From the NCBI GenBank assembly GCA_963840035.1, contig CAWIXE010000002.1, positions 1,344,001-1,408,000 of the forward strand: a DNA stretch of 64,000 nucleotides, written 5' to 3'. This stretch comes from a candidate division FCPU426 bacterium. Its GTDB lineage: Bacteria; Oederibacteriota; PGYV01; Palsa-1178. Shown one piece after another: positions 58,167 through 64,000 of the stretch. The translations under genes were made by a program, and so were the position numbers. The notes below the pieces were generated by a model that saw only the letters and a list, made by a program, of their open reading frames with translations, was not told the origin of the DNA and did no database searches. The stretch's first letter is position 1. Each line of letters starts with the position of its first letter.

Positions 58167-59067
58167 ATTGTTCCTCCGATAACACTTTACCTATCATACC
58201 GGCTATAATGTCCAGAAAACGCAGGTCATCCTGGTGAAAAACACCCGCCTGCTCCGAGGTGACGCGTAGTATTCCCGCTATCTCATCCCTGCACAACACC
58301 GGGACGGATATGAGCGCCCTGATGGGTTCGCCCTGGTCAGCCTTAAAGCGTATTTCCCTTGCCATGTCGGTAATTATTATGGATTTCTTATTATTGAGTA
58401 TGAATTCATCAAAATTCTTCAGGTAAAGGCTCTCAATATCCCTTTCGCCGACCAAAAGGTCATCCCTCTTGTCCGCGACTATTTTCATTACCTTATCATG
58501 TTTTGTAAGAAAAAGGGTTATTGACCTGTCCTGGTGAAAAAGCTCCACGACATTCTTAAGCACAAACCTGATCTTTCCCGCAAAATCAGGCTGATCCTTT
58601 ATTTTTTCATATATCATTTTAAGCTTAAGGAACTTATCGAGTTTTACTTTATTCGCGTCCAGTGCGGCTGAGATATTTTTCTTTTCAAGCACAAGGGCGT
58701 TATAATCAGCTTCGAGCGATTTTAATGAATCGGCGGCGGAGCTCATCAGGTACGTTCCGGCATCACCCGTGGATTTTACGATGAAGTAGCAGGCGTAAAG
58801 CGTAACAATGCCTGCCACAACTGGTATCATGGGCAGCTCCCCCGCAAAAGCCTTAATCAGCAGGAATGAATTCATGACCGTGCCAAATATCAGCATGGCT
58901 GTGCCCACTATGGGGTTTATAAGCAGGTATCCGGCGACTACCGCGAAGGTAAAACAGAACGCAAGCGCGTGCCACCATGTGCCGGGGATAAAAAATAAAA
59001 GCGCCATAGCCGCTATAGCCACGGCGAATACAAGAATTTTTAATATAAACGCAAAAGGGCTTTTCAT
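58159..59067 (-). CDS. Membrane protein with coiled coil and C-terminal GAF domain
   Basis: About 4 TM; IIITDM..E.RF..IRALISVPV..GILRV.S..FHQDDLRFL GAF signature. Confidence 0.75.
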   Translation of the reverse strand: MKSPFAFILKILVFAVAIAAMALLFFIPGTWWHALAFCFTFAVVAGYLLINPIVGTAMLIFGTVMNSFLLIKAFAGELPMIPVVAGIVTLYACYFIVKSTGDAGTYLMSSAADSLKSLEADYNALVLEKKNISAALDANKVKLDKFLKLKMIYEKIKDQPDFAGKIRFVLKNVVELFHQDRSITLFLTKHDKVMKIVADKRDDLLVGERDIESLYLKNFDEFILNNKKSIIITDMAREIRFKADQGEPIRALISVPVLCRDEIAGILRVTSEQAGVFHQDDLRFLDIIAGMIGKVLSEEQYA

Positions 59068-59117
59068 TATTGTCTCATTCCTCGCTTTTTTAGTATAAGA
59101 AAGACCTGATTAAAAAT

Positions 59118-59960
59118 TTACTCGCCCATCGAGTCAAGGGTTTTAAGGTTCTCCTTGGCATTCTTGTCAAGCGGGTTCAACTCAAGCGACTTATTCCACT
59201 GAACTCTTGCTTTTTTGTATTCCTTGTTTCCGTAATACGCGCTTCCCAGATTATTAAATATCTGCGGCTTTGTCGGGTCAAGCTTTACAGCCTGCTCAAG
59301 CACGCCAATGGCGTCAACATATTTTTTAAGCTTGATTTGTATGGACCCGAGGTTGTTATACGCCATCGCGTCCGTAGGTTTTATCCTCACCAGAGCTTCA
59401 AAGGCCCTGATGGACCCGCTGAAATCGCCTTTTTCAAAGTAAGCTATTCCGAGTTTCTTATATACGATCTCATCGCTCGGGTTTTTTGAAATAACAAACT
59501 CAAGCTCCGGTATGCCCGAGGCATTGTCTTTTTTTGAAATATAGGCCAGGCCGAGCCTCTTATGGGCTTCAAGATTCATCTGGTTTAAAGTAATGCACTT
59601 CCTCCAGAGGTCCATGGCGTCATCAACACGCCCTTTTTCATTTTCATCGTTTCCAAGAGTCAGGTAGGACGCTTCAAGTTTCCCCTTCACTTCGTCATAT
59701 GCCGGCCTTAATTTAAGCGCGACTTCCCACTCCGCAATGGCTTCAAGCAGCATGCCTTTATCGGCAAAAACGTCACCTAAAGCCTTATGTACTATGGGAT
59801 CTGACGGATTAATAGATATTGAGGATTGCAGTTCTTCAATTGCGTCATCAAGCTTTCCTGCCTCGTAATACTGCATGCCCATCTCATAGTGGGTCATTGT
59901 TGAGGCGCATCCTACGGAAAAAAGAACCAAAACAGCCATAATTATATGCCTGATTTTCAT
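59118..59960 (-). CDS. TPR-repeat lipoprotein
   Basis: Lipobox FSVGC after an AGGAGG SD; repeated HKALG, YKKLG, YNNLG and FNNLG TPRs. Confidence 0.87.
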   Translation of the reverse strand: MKIRHIIMAVLVLFSVGCASTMTHYEMGMQYYEAGKLDDAIEELQSSISINPSDPIVHKALGDVFADKGMLLEAIAEWEVALKLRPAYDEVKGKLEASYLTLGNDENEKGRVDDAMDLWRKCITLNQMNLEAHKRLGLAYISKKDNASGIPELEFVISKNPSDEIVYKKLGIAYFEKGDFSGSIRAFEALVRIKPTDAMAYNNLGSIQIKLKKYVDAIGVLEQAVKLDPTKPQIFNNLGSAYYGNKEYKKARVQWNKSLELNPLDKNAKENLKTLDSMGE

Positions 59961-60201
59961 ATTAATGCCTCCTGATGTTTTAATTGAATCGTTTAATAAT
60001 AACATATTATAAGGTTTTGTCAAGAAAGGGTATGATACAATTTTAAATTTTCGCTTTTCAATTTACAATTAGTGCCAAAAAACCCATAAACCCATCTGTT
60101 TTAATTTAAAATTGAAAATTTAAAATTGAAAATAGTATTTACAAATTCCGCCCTATATGTTATATTTTGTCCTGCTTTTAATAACATTAGGAGGCAACAA
60201 A

Positions 60202-60393
60202 ATGGCAAGAAAATGTGCAATTTGCGATAAGCAGGCGGTTTCGGCTAATAACGTCTCGCACGCGAAAAACAGGACTAAAACAAGGAACAAACCGAACCTT
60301 CAGCCGGTTAAGATAATTCTAAACGGCAAAAAACAGAGGGTCTTAGTCTGCACCCGCTGCATGCGTTCAGGTAAGGCAGTTAAAGTCGCATAA
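60202..60393 (+). CDS. rpmB: 50S ribosomal protein L28 (Zn-binding type)
   Basis: MARKCAICDK..ANNVSHAKNRTK..KPNLQ..VCTRCM; AGGAGG SD. Confidence 0.96.
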   Translation: MARKCAICDKQAVSANNVSHAKNRTKTRNKPNLQPVKIILNGKKQRVLVCTRCMRSGKAVKVA

Positions 60394-60429
60394 AAAGAGA
60401 TTTTCAATTTTATATTTTCAATTGAAAAC

Positions 60430-60457
60430 AAAAAGGGCGGTTAAAAACCGCCCTTTT
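60430..60457. terminator. Bidirectional intrinsic terminator between rpmB and rel
   Basis: AAAAAGGGCGGTT-AAA-AACCGCCCTTTT. Confidence 0.8.
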
Positions 60458-60517
60458 ATATTTTTTTGGTCTTCCTGCCTTCAATTGAAAATTTCAAATT
60501 GAAAATCGAAAATTGAT

Positions 60518-62671
60518 TCAATCAGTCCTTTCCACTGTAATGACATCCTTAACTTTCCTTATCGCGTTCATCAGTTCCGAGAGGTGTTTCTGGTTTTTTA
60601 CGTTTATTGACATGTCCGCTGTGAGCCTGTTTTCATACCCCGGGAATGAGTTAAACGAACTTATATACGCGCTGTTCTGCGCGACGGTCGTAAGAATATC
60701 ATTTGCGAGGCCTTCCCTGCTGCGCGCGGTCACTTTGAGCCTGCACATATAAAAGTTGTGGGATTCCTCATTCCAGCTGACTTCCACCAGGGGAATTGAA
60801 ATTTTGGCAATAGCAAGAGTCCCGCAGTTCTTTCGGTGAATTGATATCCCCTTTTTTGTAAATATGCCGGTTATATCGTCGCCCGGCACCGGATTGCAGC
60901 ATCTTGCGAATTTATACGCAATATCCCCGAACTCGCCCTGTACCACGATTTCACCCTGTGGAAAACGCTTCTGAACTTCCGGTCCGTGCGTTATCTCTTT
61001 TTCCGCCTTTAATACCTTTATCAGCGCGTTTGAAACCTTAAAATCAGAGAACTCGCCGTAACCTATTCCCGCAAAAAGGTCGTCCCTGTCCTTGATGTTA
61101 TAATGTTCGAGCAGGCTTCCCCACGCCGGGGCCGGAACATCCTCGATCTTAAAATCATACTTGGCAAGTTTTTCCGCGAGCAGCATTGTGCCCTTATCAA
61201 TGTTTTCTTTTATATTCTGGTTTGTGCGCAGCCAGTGCCTTATCCTGTTTTTTGCCTTAGCTGTCTTGGCCATTTTAAGCCAGTCTACCACCGGATGCTG
61301 GTTTGCGCCCTTTAAAATATCTATCCTGTCGCCGTTCTGAAGCTCATATTTTATGGTCACCCATTTTCCGTTTACTTTCGCGCCGATGCATTTATCCCCG
61401 AGGTCCGAGTGCACGCTGTACGCGAAGTCCAGGACTGTCGCTCCCTTTACAAGCTCTTTGACCTCTCCCTTGGGTGTAAAAACAAATACTTCCTCGTCAA
61501 AAAGGTCCACTTTAAGTTCTTTTATGAATTCATCCGACTCGCGCAGATTTGAATGCCAGTCAAGGAGCTGCCTGACCCAGATAAAAGCACTGTCAGTTTT
61601 TTTATCAAAAGCCCTGTCTTCCTTGTAGTTCCAGTGGGCCGCGATACCTTCCTCCGCTATTACATCCATATCAAACGTCCTTATCTGTATCTCCACAGGG
61701 CTTCCGCTTTTATCCAGGACCGTTGTGTGAAGTGACTGGTACATGTTTGATTTTGGCATGGCAATGTAATCTTTAAACCTTCCGGGGAGAGGCTTCCACA
61801 TGTTGTGTATTATGCCAAGTATGGTATAGCAGTCTCCAAGCGCATCAGTTATTATCCTGAGTGCCAGCAAGTCATAAATATTCTCAAACTTCTTGTTCTC
61901 CTTCATCATTTTCTGGTAAATGGAATAAAAATGCTTCGGCCTGCCGGTTACTTCCGCCTTTACATGCACCCTGTCGAGCTCTTTTTGTATTGTCTCCTTT
62001 AATTCCGTAATCCGGTCCTCGCGTTCGCCTTTTCTTTCAGCTATTTTGTTGCTTATATCCCTGTACGCTTCAGGGTTTAAAACTGAAAAAGACATATCCT
62101 CAAGCTCGGATTTTATTTTTTCCATACCAAGCCTGTGGGCTAAAGGCGCGTAAATATTGAGCGTTTCCTGAGCAATAATCTTCTGTTTCTCCATATCCAG
62201 GAACTTTATGGTCCTCATGTTGTGGAGCCTGTCCGCAAGTTTTATAATGACAACCCTGATATCCTTCGCCATCGCGAGGAACATTTTCTTCAGGGACTCG
62301 CTGAAGATCTCGCCCCTTGTCTTAAATACTTTCGCGGTTACATGGCTGACGCCTTCCACAAGGAACGCCACATTCTCATCGGTTACTTTTTTGATGTCCT
62401 CAACCGTAAACTGGGTGTCCTCTATGACATCATGCAGGATGCCCGCGGCAATGGTGGACGCGTCCATTTTCATTTCCTTGAGTATGGAAGCCACTTCCAC
62501 GCTGTGTATTATGTAAGGCTCCCCGGATAATCTGAATTGTTTTTCATGGGCTTTTAATGCCAGCTCATAAGCTGCGGCGATCAACCCGGCGCCCTTATCG
62601 TCGAAACCTTTGGCTATTTCCTTTATCCTGGCGTCAAACTGCTCCCTATTTGCTTCCAATTTCAGCCTCAC
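60518..62671 (-). CDS. rel: Bifunctional (p)ppGpp synthetase/hydrolase (long RSH)
   Basis: R.SGEPYI.H, LHDVIED, KLADRLHNMRT, RFKDYIA.PK.N.YQSLHT, EIQIRT, TGS domain, CC.P.PGD, ACT domain. Confidence 0.96.
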   Translation of the reverse strand: MRLKLEANREQFDARIKEIAKGFDDKGAGLIAAAYELALKAHEKQFRLSGEPYIIHSVEVASILKEMKMDASTIAAGILHDVIEDTQFTVEDIKKVTDENVAFLVEGVSHVTAKVFKTRGEIFSESLKKMFLAMAKDIRVVIIKLADRLHNMRTIKFLDMEKQKIIAQETLNIYAPLAHRLGMEKIKSELEDMSFSVLNPEAYRDISNKIAERKGEREDRITELKETIQKELDRVHVKAEVTGRPKHFYSIYQKMMKENKKFENIYDLLALRIITDALGDCYTILGIIHNMWKPLPGRFKDYIAMPKSNMYQSLHTTVLDKSGSPVEIQIRTFDMDVIAEEGIAAHWNYKEDRAFDKKTDSAFIWVRQLLDWHSNLRESDEFIKELKVDLFDEEVFVFTPKGEVKELVKGATVLDFAYSVHSDLGDKCIGAKVNGKWVTIKYELQNGDRIDILKGANQHPVVDWLKMAKTAKAKNRIRHWLRTNQNIKENIDKGTMLLAEKLAKYDFKIEDVPAPAWGSLLEHYNIKDRDDLFAGIGYGEFSDFKVSNALIKVLKAEKEITHGPEVQKRFPQGEIVVQGEFGDIAYKFARCCNPVPGDDITGIFTKKGISIHRKNCGTLAIAKISIPLVEVSWNEESHNFYMCRLKVTARSREGLANDILTTVAQNSAYISSFNSFPGYENRLTADMSINVKNQKHLSELMNAIRKVKDVITVERTD

Positions 62672-63308
62672 ATTCCATATTGAGCCTCTTTAATTCCGTT
62701 TCAACAAGCAGCCGCCGCTTTTCAATTATTTCTGCTCCGGCATCTGCCGGCACACTAACGGGCGCGCCAAACTTAAATAAGCCTTTTGAAAACGGAATAG
62801 GTATCATGAACCGGTCCCATGAAGTGAGCCTTATTTTTGAACCCCAATTAAAACCAAACGGTATTATCTCCCTGCCCGTAAGCTTTGCCAGGTATACAAC
62901 CCCGTTGGCCACCTTCTCTGCCGGACCCCTGGGTCCGTCCACGGTAATTGCCGCGTCGCACCCGTTTTCTATGAGAGTTTTCACCTCATTTAAACCTTTT
63001 GCAGCGCCTTTGAACGTGGAACCTCTCGCAAGCTTAAAACCAAATGAATGCGCTATACGGGCCGCTATTTCCCCATCCTTGCTGTTTGAAACCAAAGCAA
63101 CAATACCAAGATTCTTATAATATAGAACCGGGGCTATAAGTCCGCAATGCCAGAAAGCATAAATATAGTTTTTTTCTTTGCCCTTATATGGAGTGGTTTT
63201 TTCCCCGCCCGATACCGTATATGAATATGTAAGGGATAAAACCTTTAGTAAGATTATAACCAAAGGAAGGGCCACGTTCATCAAAAGCCAATCAGATATT
63301 TTTTTCAT
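62646..63308 (-). CDS. DUF374 / lysophospholipid acyltransferase family protein
   Basis: YAFWH, S.SKDGE, RGST, TVDGPRGP, SWDRFMIPIPF. Confidence 0.85.
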   Translation of the reverse strand: MKKISDWLLMNVALPLVIILLKVLSLTYSYTVSGGEKTTPYKGKEKNYIYAFWHCGLIAPVLYYKNLGIVALVSNSKDGEIAARIAHSFGFKLARGSTFKGAAKGLNEVKTLIENGCDAAITVDGPRGPAEKVANGVVYLAKLTGREIIPFGFNWGSKIRLTSWDRFMIPIPFSKGLFKFGAPVSVPADAGAEIIEKRRLLVETELKRLNMECEAEIGSK

Positions 63309-63437
63309 AAATTCCTTTCTTCCCGTATTTATTTACAATTAATTTCCGCCATTAATACGCCCAAATGCCCGAAAGCATACGTTTTCGTCCCCGAAGCGCC
63401 CCCTTATCTCCTCTCACTTTTCTGAAGCTTCTAATCT

Positions 63438-63473
63438 AAAAAAAAAGGCGCAGGAACTGCCTGCGCCTTTTTT
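63438..63473 (-). terminator. Intrinsic terminator after the LysM gene
   Basis: AAAAAAAAGGCGCAGG-AACTG-CCTGCGCCTTTTT. Confidence 0.8.
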
Positions 63474-63504
63474 GTATCAAAGCGCCTTTATGGCGCCTGT
63501 GTGT

Positions 63505-63999
63505 TTAGCTTAAAATATTGTCCGACTTATCCTCTTTTTCTTCCTCTTCCTCGTCCTTTTTCTTTTTCTGTGTCATGATGAAATAAACTACAACCGCGAT
63601 TACTCCGAGCAATATTATAAGCAGCGCCATCATATTCATGCCGCCTTTTTTCTTTGCCTTCGCCGGTTCAGGTATCGGTGTGGGCTGTTCTTCTGTTCCG
63701 CCCATTGATGTCTCGCCTGAAGCAGTTGTTTCTTCCCCGGATGAAGCTTTGCCGGAGCCCATGCCTGCGACTTCCGACTCGCCTGACCCTTCTTCCTCTT
63801 CTTTGCCTGAAGCATATGCCTTTCCACCGGCCGGCCATCCAAGTTCCGTAGCCCTCTGTTTTGCCGCTTCAATCTCAACCGCGCTTACGTTCCTGGGTAT
63901 TATGAGTTTCTGTCCTTCTGAAACAGTTTTATAATCATCAAGAATGTCCCTGTTAGCGTCAAAAATCAGCGGCCACTGGTATTTGTTGCCGTAAATTTC
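63505..63999 (-). CDS. LysM domain protein with acidic linker and C-terminal TM anchor, partial (start beyond window)
   Basis: Frame open to the window edge: EIYGNKYQWPLIFDANRDILDDYKTVSEGQKLIIP (LysM), then an E/G/S-rich linker and ALLIILLGVIAVVVYFIM-KKKK. Confidence 0.82.
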   Translation of the reverse strand, partial: EIYGNKYQWPLIFDANRDILDDYKTVSEGQKLIIPRNVSAVEIEAAKQRATELGWPAGGKAYASGKEEEEGSGESEVAGMGSGKASSGEETTASGETSMGGTEEQPTPIPEPAKAKKKGGMNMMALLIILLGVIAVVVYFIMTQKKKKDEEEEEKEDKSDNILS

Positions 64000-64000
64000 G

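Noticed and set aside
63310..63435. Possible riboswitch or leader RNA upstream of the DUF374-rel genes
   Set aside because: Only short hairpins are visible and I could not match a known aptamer consensus; an Rfam scan is needed.

Overview
Chromosomal window of a diderm (LPS-making) bacterium, almost entirely minus-strand. It is mostly housekeeping: tilS, a lipid A/core cluster (lpxK, waaA, lpxB, three GT9-domain proteins), hflX, apt, a sigma70 factor, gpsA-plsY-der, birA-nadC, valS, accA, nrdR, glyA-rpiB, spoVS, rsmI, rpmB and rel, plus tRNA-Met(CAT), tRNA-Pro(GGG) and tRNA-Pro(CGG). Four things stand out. (1) All three tRNA genes are preceded, inside their predicted transcripts, by structured repeats (3x157 bp for Met, ~100 bp units for Pro) that copy and are antisense to the 5' end of the adjacent tRNA and show compensatory base changes. 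(2) At the left end is a ketosynthase (probable ATA start) - SAM methyltransferase - 7TM/GAF histidine kinase - B12 radical SAM - RHH - response regulator cluster that looks like a small-molecule synthesis-and-sensing module. (3) A REP-associated tyrosine transposase is flanked by GTAG REPs that supply the stop codons of both convergent neighbours. (4) An orphan CapV-like patatin is paired with a radical SAM enzyme. Also seen: a CpaE-CpaF fusion with a secretin, a pilin/O-antigen-ligase-TPR cluster, an LMW-PTP lacking its catalytic cysteine, leaderless promoters, pervasive heptanucleotide repeats, and two single-base frameshifts (gpsA, a HEAT-repeat gene) that may be sequencing errors. All calls come from motif recognition by eye; no database searches were run.
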